DNA from: an uncultured Gemmatimonadales bacterium
GTDB lineage: Bacteria > Gemmatimonadota > Gemmatimonadetes > Gemmatimonadales > GWC2-71-9
Assembly (NCBI GenBank): GCA_963828735.1
Contig: CAWHFW010000002.1
Span: 736,001 to 800,000 of the forward strand
Reading direction: 5' to 3'
DNA length: 64,000 bases
The notes beneath the pieces were generated by a model. It saw nothing but the letters and a program-made list of their open reading frames with translations. It was not told where the DNA came from and did not search any database. Of the stretch, positions 39,340 to 48,380 are shown piece by piece. Position 1 is the stretch's first letter; each line of letters begins with the position of its first letter. The position numbers and the translations under genes were made by a program.

Positions 39340-40572
39340 TCAGGGACGGGAGCGCGCGGTCGTGGTGGACTCGGCTGGAAACACTCGAGCGAGCCACGCG
39401 GCGATCAGCGTTCCGGCCACTCGATTCCCCTCCTCGTTCCAGTGACCGATGCCGATGCTGTCGCCTTCGGCGTGAAAGTAGACGTGGCGGCGCTCCGCCT
39501 CCTCGGCCATTGTCGGCGCCAGGTTGAGCACCGGGATGCCCTCCCGCTTCCCGAAATCGGCGAGACGTCGTTCCGGATAGTAGAGGTCCGGCACTCCGAG
39601 CTGATGGAGGTACTTCTCCTTCTCCTCGGACACCGGGGAGACCTGGATCGCCCGGGTCAGCGTCACAATGGCGAAGGGCTTGTCCTTCCTGCGGCACTCG
39701 TCGCGCATCAGCTCCAGAACGCCCTCGGTGATGCGCCACGCCTCCTGCCACTCCGGCGTGGTCGGGGGCAGCTGGACCTTGTTGGATAGCCCCACTTCAT
39801 CACCAGGCACCGTACTGATTCGCTGCTGCTTGCGATCGCGTTTGCGACCCTGGTGTCGCACACGGTTGAGCAGCTGGACCAGCCGCGACTCCTGGACCAC
39901 GCCCAGGAGCCTGCGCGTCCATACGGCTCGACTCTGGTATGATCCCGATTGCAGAAACGTCGTGTCGAGGGCGAGCGCCCCGTCCCGGAAGACGTAGTAC
40001 GGCCGGTAGGCTCCCGGATCCAGCGGACGATAGTTGTCCGTCACATCATTGCCGACGGTGAACCCCAACACGACCAGATCCGGCGAGTACTTCCAGACCT
40101 GCTGCTTGAGCGTGAGCAGCTCCTGTGTAGTGCCATAGCCTCCGACGCCGAAGTTCACGACCTCGACCGGCGTGCCGCGCAGGGTGGACAGCTCCCGTCC
40201 GAGAACCTCCCCGACGGTCTTCTCGAAGGGAACCTGGAACGCTTCGATGAAGGAATCGCCAAGCAACGCTATCCGGAGGGTTCCCGGGGGATGGGCCAGG
40301 GGCACTTCCGGCCCCCTGAGGCCGTCGCTGTTGATCTCGATCCAGCTCCGACCATGATACTTGGCCGCGCTCTTCGCGCCCGGGATGTGCGCGAGCCCTC
40401 GCGCGGGATCGGTCCACACGTACACGGGAAAACCAACCCCGAGAAAGCGTAACAGCCCCTCGCAGATCAGCAGGCCGATCACGACGGCGACGCCAACGAC
40501 GGCGATATTTCCCGCCACCCGCGAAAGCGTCCCCCTCTGGCCGGGACCCATGTCCTTGCGATCTTCGGTCAC
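39340..40572 (-). CDS. membrane-anchored SGNH/GDSL family protein
   Basis: N-terminal TM (..ICEGLLR), INSDGLRG, LLGDSF, NFGVGGYGT.QE, GND..DN, GHWNEEG. Confidence 0.85.
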   Translation of the reverse strand: MTEDRKDMGPGQRGTLSRVAGNIAVVGVAVVIGLLICEGLLRFLGVGFPVYVWTDPARGLAHIPGAKSAAKYHGRSWIEINSDGLRGPEVPLAHPPGTLRIALLGDSFIEAFQVPFEKTVGEVLGRELSTLRGTPVEVVNFGVGGYGTTQELLTLKQQVWKYSPDLVVLGFTVGNDVTDNYRPLDPGAYRPYYVFRDGALALDTTFLQSGSYQSRAVWTRRLLGVVQESRLVQLLNRVRHQGRKRDRKQQRISTVPGDEVGLSNKVQLPPTTPEWQEAWRITEGVLELMRDECRRKDKPFAIVTLTRAIQVSPVSEEKEKYLHQLGVPDLYYPERRLADFGKREGIPVLNLAPTMAEEAERRHVYFHAEGDSIGIGHWNEEGNRVAGTLIAAWLARVFPAESTTTARSRP

Positions 40573-40624
40573 CTCACCCCCTCGACCCTCGACACTTTGT
40601 GAACGCCAGGGCTACTGCGGTCGA

Positions 40625-41581
40625 TCAGATCTCCCAGTTCGACAGCACGATCCCATGCTGCTGCGGCGGCGGAAACCCGCGGAGGATCATCCGCAGGTCG
40701 GTCCAGTGCACCCGGTAGCCGGCCGCGATGAGACGCAGGTAGGCGTCGGCGTACTCGGTTTGACAGCGGATCGCCAGTCGGCCGACGCGCTCCGCCGCGG
40801 CCGTCCCATGCAGCGCCTCGAGGAGGCGCTCGAACGCGGACAGCGAGGCCGCCGCGAGCTTGAGCACCCGGACCTCGTCCTTGGCCCTCCCGGCTGCCAG
40901 CGGAGTCGAATGCCACAGCGCGAATGCGACGAGCTCACCCGCTTCGCGCACCAGCGTGGTATCGCCGATGCCCAGGTCCCGCGTGAGCGCGATCTCGCGG
41001 GTGAAGTCCACGCCCGGCGCGAGCGCATCCGTCAGGCTGCGACACTCCTCGATCCGTCGCGCGAGCTGGCCACCGGACACCGAGAGCAGCTCGGGCGGAG
41101 CGCCCGCCCGCCGCGGCACATCGTGCACCAGGGTCACGGTCAGCGGCCCGGGCACGAGGCCGATCCGGCTGTAGAAGCCGATGTTCTCGACGGTGCGGGG
41201 CATCGTCTCGAGGCCGATGGTCGTCGCACCCTGCCCTTTCAGCCAGTCGATGCCCAGCCGCACCATCGTGGAACCCAGGCCCTCGCTCTGGCGGTCGGGC
41301 CGCACGGCGAGCGGTCCCATCCAGCCCTCGAGGCCGGACTGGTGCACCATGTTGAAGGCCACCACCTGTCCGTCCGCGTCCCGCCAGATCATGGCGCCGT
41401 CGCCAGCGTCCTCGAGCGCGTAACGCCAGACGAGGGTGTTGAGGTGGGGGACGCGCACGCCGACGAGGCCGTCGCGGCTGTAGCGGTCGGTGAACGCGTC
41501 GGCGAACACGCGGTTGAGCGACTCGATGTCGCGCAGCGTGGGCCGATCGGGCCCGCGCAGGCTGCGATCAGGCCGCCACAT
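40625..41581 (-). CDS. GNAT family N-acetyltransferase
   Basis: GPLAVRPDRQSEGLG acetyl-CoA-binding motif and NIGFYSRIG; start overlaps the rad50 end by 14 bp. Confidence 0.8.
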   Translation of the reverse strand: MWRPDRSLRGPDRPTLRDIESLNRVFADAFTDRYSRDGLVGVRVPHLNTLVWRYALEDAGDGAMIWRDADGQVVAFNMVHQSGLEGWMGPLAVRPDRQSEGLGSTMVRLGIDWLKGQGATTIGLETMPRTVENIGFYSRIGLVPGPLTVTLVHDVPRRAGAPPELLSVSGGQLARRIEECRSLTDALAPGVDFTREIALTRDLGIGDTTLVREAGELVAFALWHSTPLAAGRAKDEVRVLKLAAASLSAFERLLEALHGTAAAERVGRLAIRCQTEYADAYLRLIAAGYRVHWTDLRMILRGFPPPQQHGIVLSNWEI

Positions 41582-43988
41582 CGTGCCCCCCGACCGGCTC
41601 GTCGCGGACCGTGGCCGCGCCTCGCGCCACGTCGAACCCGACGCGGATGACGCGATCGAAGCCTTCGCGCACCGAGTCGATGTGGGTGATGAGGATGACC
41701 TGCGGGAACCGGTCGGCCAGACTCCGCAGGAGGTCCACCACGGCGGCCCGCCGATCTTCATCGAGTGACCCGAAGATCTCGTCGAGGATCAGGAGCGAGA
41801 GCGGCTGACCCGCGCGCTCGGCGATCATCTGGCTGATCGCGAGGCGCAGCGCGAGGTTCGCCACGTCCTCCTCGCCGCCCGAGATGACCGCCTTGGGATC
41901 GCCGTCGTCGAGGAGGGTGGCGCCGTAGTCTTCGTCGAGCTCGAGGTCGGTATAGCGCCCGTTGGTGAGATCCCGGAGGAAGCCGGAGGCGAGCTCGCTC
42001 AGATCGGGCCGCAGCGTGGCGTTGAGCTCGGTCCGAAGCTCGGAGAGCGCACGATCGAGCTCCTGATGCAAGGCGAGCTCGGCGCCCGTGGCCTGCGCCT
42101 CCCGCTCGCGCTCGGCCCGCTCGGCACGGCGGCGCACGGCGGCCTCGATGGCTTCCGCCGCGGCAGCGGACTCGCCCCGCGCGCGCACGAGCGCCAGCTC
42201 CGCCTCCCGGCCTCCCTGCTCCGCGGCCGACTCGGCTTCGCGGGCCTCCCGAAAGACCTGCTCGGTGTAGCCCAGCTCGTCGAGGCGCGCACGCAGGTCG
42301 GCGGCGGCCGCCGCCGCGGCGGCGCGCTCGGTCGTGACCGTCTCGAGCTCGGCCACGGCGGCATGCCGGCGATCGGCGAGCACGCGGAGGCCCTCGGCCT
42401 GCGGTACCAATGGCTCGAGCTCCCGGATCCGACCGAGCAACGCCTCGTGACGAGCCTGGTCGTAGGACCCCGCCACACGTCCCAGCGACTGCTCCAGCTC
42501 GGTGACGCGAAGCACCAGCCGCTCCCGCTCGTCCCGCAGCGTCGCCCCGTCCTGGGCGAGCGCGTCGAGGCGCCCGACCTCGCCGGTCACCTGGGACAGC
42601 TCGCGCTCGAGCACGATGCGTTGACGGTCCACCTCGTCCAATTCGCGGGGCTCGATCTGGAGCTGCTCGATGCGCTGCTTGTAGAAGTTGCCGTTGGCGA
42701 TCACGTCCTCCATCTGCCGGTCGAGCAGACCAAGAACCTTGTCGTACTCCGCGCCAAGCGGCCGGGCGCACGTGGGGCAATCGCCTTCCGGGCCCGCCTT
42801 GACGATACGCTGGCGCTGGTCCTTCAGCTCCTGGTACTGATCCAACAGGCCCTGACGCTTGGTCCGCGCGTCCTGCGCGTCCCGCACCCAGGCCGTCCGC
42901 ATGTTCTCGCCTTCCACCACCACGCCGGTGAGCGCCGCACGTACGTCGCTCACGCGCGCTCGCACGGCATCGAGGTCCTCGCGGCCGGGCAGCCGCCCTA
43001 GACGCTCTTCGACCGAGGTGAAGTGGCGTCGCACGTCCTCGAGCTGGGCGAGCAGGCCCTTCCGCGCCGCATATGCCTCGGCGTCGCGCTCGAGTCCGGC
43101 CACTTCCTGCCTGAGCGACGCCAGGGGTGCGAGGCGCTGGATGACGTCCTGGAGCTGTTGAGCGGCGGTACCGGCCTCGGCGACCTCCCGGCCAAGCCGC
43201 TCGGCCCGCTCGGCCCCGGTCTCCGCACGGTGGGCCGCGACCCGCAGCTCCGCCTCGAGCTTGAGCGCGGCCTCGCGCTGCCGCTGCAGGCGCTCCCAGC
43301 GCGGGCGCACCTCGGCCACGACCGCGTCGGCGGCGGCCGCCCGTTCGCATGCGGCTTGTTCGGCCGCTTGCGCGGTCGCCGCGCGCTCTCGGGCGCGCGC
43401 CTCCGCTGCCTCGATCTCGGCGAGATCACCCAGGGCCGCCCGAAGCGCGTCGTAGCGCGCGCGAAGCGCGGAGCGCCGCTCCTTGAGGCGGTCCTGGGCC
43501 GCCCGGATCCGCTCGTAGCCCAGGACGCGCGACAGGAACTGCGCGCGCTCGGGCGCGGACATCGCCGCCATGACGGCGAGCTCTTTCTGCCCCGTAAAGT
43601 AGGTGTTGAAGAATTCTTCCCGCGTCATGGCCAGCAGGCGCGTCACCCGCTCGGTCACGGCCCCGATCGAGTTCGCGATCGGCGCCGGATCACCATCCTG
43701 GTACAGCTCGGCGCCGTTCAGGGTGCGGAGGATACGGTACTGATGCGCGCCGAGACTGAATTCCATCTCGACCTCCACGCGCGACCGGGGCGGCGCGCCG
43801 CGCCGGCGAATGGTCTCGCGGCTGCCGCGCGCCGCGGGCATGCCGTACATCGCCCACGCGATGGCCTCGAGAATGGTCGTCTTGCCGGCGCCGTTCGGGC
43901 CGACGATGCCCGTGAGGCCCGCGCCGAGCACCAGCTCGGTATGCTCGTGCTGCCGAAAATTGGCGAGCCGCAGCCGGTGGATCTGCAT
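41568..43988 (-). CDS. sbcC: Rad50/SbcC SMC-family ATPase
   Basis: LANFRQH, GPNGAGKTT, coiled coil with CPTC zinc hook, ISGGE signature, LILDEIFGSLD, LITH. Confidence 0.92.
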   Translation of the reverse strand: MQIHRLRLANFRQHEHTELVLGAGLTGIVGPNGAGKTTILEAIAWAMYGMPAARGSRETIRRRGAPPRSRVEVEMEFSLGAHQYRILRTLNGAELYQDGDPAPIANSIGAVTERVTRLLAMTREEFFNTYFTGQKELAVMAAMSAPERAQFLSRVLGYERIRAAQDRLKERRSALRARYDALRAALGDLAEIEAAEARARERAATAQAAEQAACERAAAADAVVAEVRPRWERLQRQREAALKLEAELRVAAHRAETGAERAERLGREVAEAGTAAQQLQDVIQRLAPLASLRQEVAGLERDAEAYAARKGLLAQLEDVRRHFTSVEERLGRLPGREDLDAVRARVSDVRAALTGVVVEGENMRTAWVRDAQDARTKRQGLLDQYQELKDQRQRIVKAGPEGDCPTCARPLGAEYDKVLGLLDRQMEDVIANGNFYKQRIEQLQIEPRELDEVDRQRIVLERELSQVTGEVGRLDALAQDGATLRDERERLVLRVTELEQSLGRVAGSYDQARHEALLGRIRELEPLVPQAEGLRVLADRRHAAVAELETVTTERAAAAAAAADLRARLDELGYTEQVFREAREAESAAEQGGREAELALVRARGESAAAAEAIEAAVRRRAERAEREREAQATGAELALHQELDRALSELRTELNATLRPDLSELASGFLRDLTNGRYTDLELDEDYGATLLDDGDPKAVISGGEEDVANLALRLAISQMIAERAGQPLSLLILDEIFGSLDEDRRAAVVDLLRSLADRFPQVILITHIDSVREGFDRVIRVGFDVARGAATVRDEPVGGHDVAA

Positions 43989-45163
43989 CAGCCGGCCAGC
44001 TCGCGCTCGATGCCGTCCATGAGGCTGTCGCCGAGCCGCACGAACGCCTCGCGATCGAGCTCCGCGGGCAGCGGACGTCGTTCGAGGTACGAGTGTACCA
44101 GCTCCGGCAGCGTCTGCCGGCGACCGGGGGCGCCGGTGCCGACGACCCGGTGGATCTCGGGTCGTCGAAGGTCCAGATGAAAATGCAGCGCGGTCGCCTT
44201 GAGGGCCCGGATGGCCGCATGGTCGAGCTCCCGCGCCACGTGCCGCGGAATATTCTGGACGCGGAGGCGCACCACCTTGTCGGAGATGCCGCCGCGGACG
44301 GCAGCCACCCGTTCGGCGATGAGCGCGTTGACGGCCGCGGCCTGGATTCCGTCGGCTTCGATGGGCTCGAGGTCGAGGATCTCGCGAGCCAGTGGCACCG
44401 GGCGCCGCTGCGCGGTTCCCCGGTCGACGTCCACCAGCAGCCAGCCTTTGCCTCGAGAGCCGTGGTTCGACTCGTCCACCAGCTCGCCCCAGAGGTTGGG
44501 ACTCACGTACTCGAGCGAGCCCGCGTACCAGACGCGCGGCGCCACCTGGTGCTGTACGTGGTAGTGCCCGAGGGCGACGTAGCTCCACTCGTCCGGCGCC
44601 AGCTCCTGGAGGCCGAGGATTGCCCCGCCGTATTCGGCGGCGCTCCGGTCGAATGGGAAAACGCCTTCGATCTCCCCGTGCAGCACCAGCACCCGCCGAC
44701 GCTCGTCCCCCTCCGGCCGGAGCGACGGCCGGGTGCCGCCCATCAGCGCCTGATGGGGCACGGCGAGGACGCTGAGGTCCAGCGCGGGGTACACGAACCG
44801 GCGTGCCTCGTCGCTCGCGACGTCGACGCCGAGCTCCTCGAAGAGCCGGAGGATCGATCCGGTCTCGGTCGAACGGGGGGTGTCGTGATTTCCGGCGATC
44901 AGCACCACCGGCGCCTCGGGCAGCGCCTCGCGCAGCCGCTGAAACTGTCGGAACGCGAAGACGATCGCCCCGTTGGTCGGGCGGACCGAGTGGAACAGGT
45001 CGCCGGCCACGACGACGGCGTCGGGGCGCGCCTCGATGACGCCGTCGATCGCCGCGCGGAACGCACGGGCGATGTCGGCCTCGCGCTGATTGATGCCGGA
45101 GGGGGTCAGACGATGGTACTGCCGGATGCCGAGATGCGGATCGGCGATGTGGGCCAGTTTCAC
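43988..45163 (-). CDS. sbcD: Mre11/SbcD nuclease
   Basis: ADPHLG, AGDLFH, GNHD, LHG and ALGHYH phosphoesterase motifs. Confidence 0.92.
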   Translation of the reverse strand: MKLAHIADPHLGIRQYHRLTPSGINQREADIARAFRAAIDGVIEARPDAVVVAGDLFHSVRPTNGAIVFAFRQFQRLREALPEAPVVLIAGNHDTPRSTETGSILRLFEELGVDVASDEARRFVYPALDLSVLAVPHQALMGGTRPSLRPEGDERRRVLVLHGEIEGVFPFDRSAAEYGGAILGLQELAPDEWSYVALGHYHVQHQVAPRVWYAGSLEYVSPNLWGELVDESNHGSRGKGWLLVDVDRGTAQRRPVPLAREILDLEPIEADGIQAAAVNALIAERVAAVRGGISDKVVRLRVQNIPRHVARELDHAAIRALKATALHFHLDLRRPEIHRVVGTGAPGRRQTLPELVHSYLERRPLPAELDREAFVRLGDSLMDGIERELAG

Positions 45164-45371
45164 TCTCGAAATGTCTCGCCGCCGGCCGATTAAGCAAGAC
45201 CCGCGGTGGTGTCAAACGGGCGACCCGGCAACGAGTTAGAGCCCTCGCTGGCGGGGTCCGCCCCGCCGGTCACTTCGAGTCCGACAACACCTGCGACACC
45301 TTGCGCCGCAACAGCCGGGTCCGGCTGGTGATCCATCCGGCCTCGCGGCCCGCGGGCACGGATCCTCGAGC

Positions 45372-47315
45372 TCAGAACCCGTAGTCGTCCTCGCCACGGC
45401 GCACCGCCGGAACGGCGCGGCGAGCCGAAACGACCTCACCGTTCACGCGGCGGCCAAGGCAGGCCGAGAAGAACGCGAGCGCGTCGTCGGGGCGCTCGCG
45501 CCGGGTGGCGCCGAGGGCGCGCCGCACGTCCTCCTCGCGCCGGCCGTCGACCAGCGCACGCACGGCATCCGAGGTGACCCGGCGATCCAGCCGACGAAGC
45601 TGCCGGGCCACCGCATCGGCGAAGGCCAGCTCGGGCGTGGGAGGGAACCGCTCGATACCCTCGCGACTTCCCAGCACCGCGGGCCGCGGGAACCTGACGA
45701 AGATCGGCTGGGTGAAGTGCGGATGGCGGACCATGAGCTCGCCCTTGGGCAGCGTGGCGAGCTTGATCTTCGTGGCCGGCGACAGCGTGGCGTAGGCGGG
45801 CGTGGAGAGCTCGTCCATGTCCATGCGACCGAAGACGCCCGTCCCCGCGTTCCCCACAACCCGCCGCTGCACCTGCGAGCGAAACTGCTGCGCCGAGAAC
45901 AGGACCAGCCCGAGGTAGCGACCGCGCTCGGAGAGATCGAGCAGCATCTTGCGGACGTACGTATCGGGCCCCTCGGCCGGCGCGTACTTGTTGAGCTCGT
46001 CCACGAACACGACCACGTGATCCACACCAAGGTCGCGGCGCTCGAGATGCTCGCGGAGCTTGGAGACCACGCGGGCGAAGACGAGATCCTGCGCCAGGGG
46101 GTCGAGTCCGGCCACGTCCACAACGTGTACGCTCCGGTCGGCGAACTGACCCCAGGGGAGATCGTGAGCCGCGCCGTCGTCGGTCACCAGGCCCTTGGAC
46201 CGGGTCGAGATGTTGCTCAGCCGGTTTCGTATCTTGCGGATGGTCGCGAGGTGGTGGGTCTTCCACACTTCCCCGCCCTTCCCCAACGCCTCCATGAAAT
46301 CGAAAATGGCCCGGAAGAACTCCTCGAGATCGGCGAAGCTCTGCACCTGGAACGGCCGACCGCGCAACATGTCGTCCTGATACTCGCGACCCACTACGCG
46401 ATCGGCCAGGAAATCGATGAAGGCGTCCGCCTTCGCGTCCACATCGTCACGGTTGAGCACAACCTCGGCGTAGTCGAGCACCTCACGAAGTCCCCACACG
46501 AGCGGATGCGTGTTGGCCGCCAGAGCTTCGTTCGTGCGCAGCGTGTTGAGGTTCACTCCGTCGGCCTTGAACGGCGCATAGTAGTGCACGTCCGCGAACG
46601 GTTCCGGACGCAGTCCGAGCCGGGCGTACTGGCGGCAGTCCTCGGCGGTGAGCGTCGCCGCCTGGTCGAGGAAGCAGAGGTCGGGGCCCTTCACGTTGAA
46701 GCAGAGGGCGGCCACCGAGCCCTTGTGCCTCGGAAAGGTCTGGAAGATGCTCCCGAGCATGAACTCGACCGCGCTGGTCTTGGTGGCGAGGCCCGAGACG
46801 CCCGTGATGTTGAGATGCGCTGCCTCGGGCCCGAGCAGGAAGTCGCAGTCCAGGTACACCGGCGACTCGAGACCGCCCGCGGCGTAGAGGCCGACCGGGA
46901 TTCCCGTCGGCCGCTCGCCCACCGTGTAGGAATCCATGCGGAGCGCGAGCACCACATCCTCGTCGCTCGCGAGCCAGACGGGGCCGAGCGGCACCGGCTG
47001 AAGCGGCTCCTCCGGCATCTGGCGGAGCACCGCCGCGGTGAATAACCGGATCTCGGCGCGCTCGCTGGGCTCCAGACCCACCGCCGCCGGATCGCCGTCG
47101 GCGCCGATGACCGCGTGCATCGGCGTCACGAGGTCCGAATAAGCAAACCCGTCGGTCACCACCCCGAAGACGACGCGCCCGGCATCCTCGACGCGAACGA
47201 TCGCGCCGATGCCGATGGGCGTCTCACGCGCGGTCCAGAAGTGGAACTGGTGCGGCGTGGAGGGCTTGAGCTCGGTGGCGACGACTCGGCCGAGCGGCGA
47301 TTGGCCTGGGGTCAT
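45372..47315 (-). CDS. herA: HerA-family ATPase (bacterial type)
   Basis: N-terminal HAS-barrel-like region, variant Walker A HLNITGVSGLATKTS, FNVKG.DL, VFVDELNKYAP, ERGRYLGLVLFSAQQ. Confidence 0.85.
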   Translation of the reverse strand: MTPGQSPLGRVVATELKPSTPHQFHFWTARETPIGIGAIVRVEDAGRVVFGVVTDGFAYSDLVTPMHAVIGADGDPAAVGLEPSERAEIRLFTAAVLRQMPEEPLQPVPLGPVWLASDEDVVLALRMDSYTVGERPTGIPVGLYAAGGLESPVYLDCDFLLGPEAAHLNITGVSGLATKTSAVEFMLGSIFQTFPRHKGSVAALCFNVKGPDLCFLDQAATLTAEDCRQYARLGLRPEPFADVHYYAPFKADGVNLNTLRTNEALAANTHPLVWGLREVLDYAEVVLNRDDVDAKADAFIDFLADRVVGREYQDDMLRGRPFQVQSFADLEEFFRAIFDFMEALGKGGEVWKTHHLATIRKIRNRLSNISTRSKGLVTDDGAAHDLPWGQFADRSVHVVDVAGLDPLAQDLVFARVVSKLREHLERRDLGVDHVVVFVDELNKYAPAEGPDTYVRKMLLDLSERGRYLGLVLFSAQQFRSQVQRRVVGNAGTGVFGRMDMDELSTPAYATLSPATKIKLATLPKGELMVRHPHFTQPIFVRFPRPAVLGSREGIERFPPTPELAFADAVARQLRRLDRRVTSDAVRALVDGRREEDVRRALGATRRERPDDALAFFSACLGRRVNGEVVSARRAVPAVRRGEDDYGF

Positions 47316-47372
47316 GCCGCAATGTGGCGAGCCGGAGGGCAAATCAGTAGGGGCCTCGGGGACGCCCGGAGA

Positions 47373-48317
47373 CTAGGCCAAGCTCCGGTAGCCGGCCCGG
47401 AGATAGCTCTCGACGGAGTGGATCCCGTACAGCAGGCGATCCCAGCGGTGATCCGGGGTGCTGAGGGGCGCCCGCTCAGCGAGGATGCGACGCGAGAGCG
47501 CATCGGCCGTGTCCGGGGTCCCGTTCGTCGGAGCGACCTGGATCCGCACCAATCCGTGAAAGACATCCTTCCCTTCCCACGGCCACAGCCGCAACGCCCA
47601 CTCGTGCACGGGCGTGAGGCTGCGCGTCATGGGCCCATAGATCGAGGTCCGATGGGCCAGCGGAACGCGGAGGAACCGCTCGAGGTCGGCACCATCGAAG
47701 GGCAGCGTCGCATGGCTCTTGGAGACGGCCAGCATGCGCGCATCGGCCGCCCAGACCGGGCTCTCGGTGAGCGTCCCGTCCACGATCAGCCAGGCGTCGG
47801 AGCGGGCACGATAGGTCTCCGCCAGCGCGCGCTCCAGCGCGCCGCGCGCCCGATCGAGGGCACGGGCGGCATTGGCGAGGTCGCGGACCGGGTGCGCCGG
47901 CTCATCGGTAGGAAGCGCGACCGTATCCAGGTCGGGTGGCAGCTCTCCCGCGGCTCCGAGCGCCTCGGGGCGCGCGATGAGCAGCAGCCGCCGCTGCTCG
48001 AGAACCGTGGCGAGCCGCCGGTCCTGCCGCTCCCGGACGGCCGCCGCCACCTCACCCACGACCAGGGGGGCCGACCCCGCGTAGGCGAGCAGGACCGAGC
48101 GCTGGACGCCATCGAGAAAGGCGAGCGAGCCCGGCCAGGCCTCCGCGGTGCCCACGGCGTGCCAGGCCAGCGTTTCGTCCTCGAGCAGCCGCGCGGGCCG
48201 GATACAGGCCTCTTCGGTACGACCACCGCTCGACTCGGGAACCACGGACGCGGGCGTGAGACCCCTCACGGCGAGGACACGGCGGAGATGGGCTAAATTG
48301 ACTAATGACCCCGGCAT
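47373..48317 (-). CDS. nurA: NurA-like nuclease
   Basis: LAFLDGVQR, RGALE, WLIVDGTL, AVSKSH, C-terminal IHSVESYL; directly upstream of herA. Confidence 0.75.
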   Translation of the reverse strand: MPGSLVNLAHLRRVLAVRGLTPASVVPESSGGRTEEACIRPARLLEDETLAWHAVGTAEAWPGSLAFLDGVQRSVLLAYAGSAPLVVGEVAAAVRERQDRRLATVLEQRRLLLIARPEALGAAGELPPDLDTVALPTDEPAHPVRDLANAARALDRARGALERALAETYRARSDAWLIVDGTLTESPVWAADARMLAVSKSHATLPFDGADLERFLRVPLAHRTSIYGPMTRSLTPVHEWALRLWPWEGKDVFHGLVRIQVAPTNGTPDTADALSRRILAERAPLSTPDHRWDRLLYGIHSVESYLRAGYRSLA

Positions 48318-48324
48318 GGAGACA

Positions 48325-48333
48325 ATTGTAGCA
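48325..48333 (-). promoter_or_regulatory. extended -10 promoter, probably giving a leaderless nurA mRNA
   Basis: Minus strand TGcTACAAT, then 7 nt, then the ATG at 48317; no SD. Confidence 0.6.
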
Positions 48334-48380
48334 GGGCCGACCCGGAGGCAGCAGTGAACGTCCGATCCTTCGACCGTACC

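Noticed and set aside
36921..40572. Saxitoxin gene cluster
   Set aside because: Only sxtI/J/K/L-like genes are present; no sxtA, sxtG or other core genes in the window.
41568..45215. 1215-aa ORF as a Mre11-Rad50 fusion
   Set aside because: The N-terminal extension is an out-of-frame read of mre11; Rad50 motifs begin at ATG 43988 and mre11 has its own stop.
45372..48317. HerA-based anti-phage system (e.g. Sir2-HerA)
   Set aside because: The partner looks like NurA and the neighbours are Mre11/Rad50; no Sir2 or other defence or mobile genes are nearby.
48356..48367. LexA-like box GAAC-N4-GATC near the nurA promoter
   Set aside because: One mismatch in a short motif, a single occurrence, and the LexA motif for this lineage is unknown to me.
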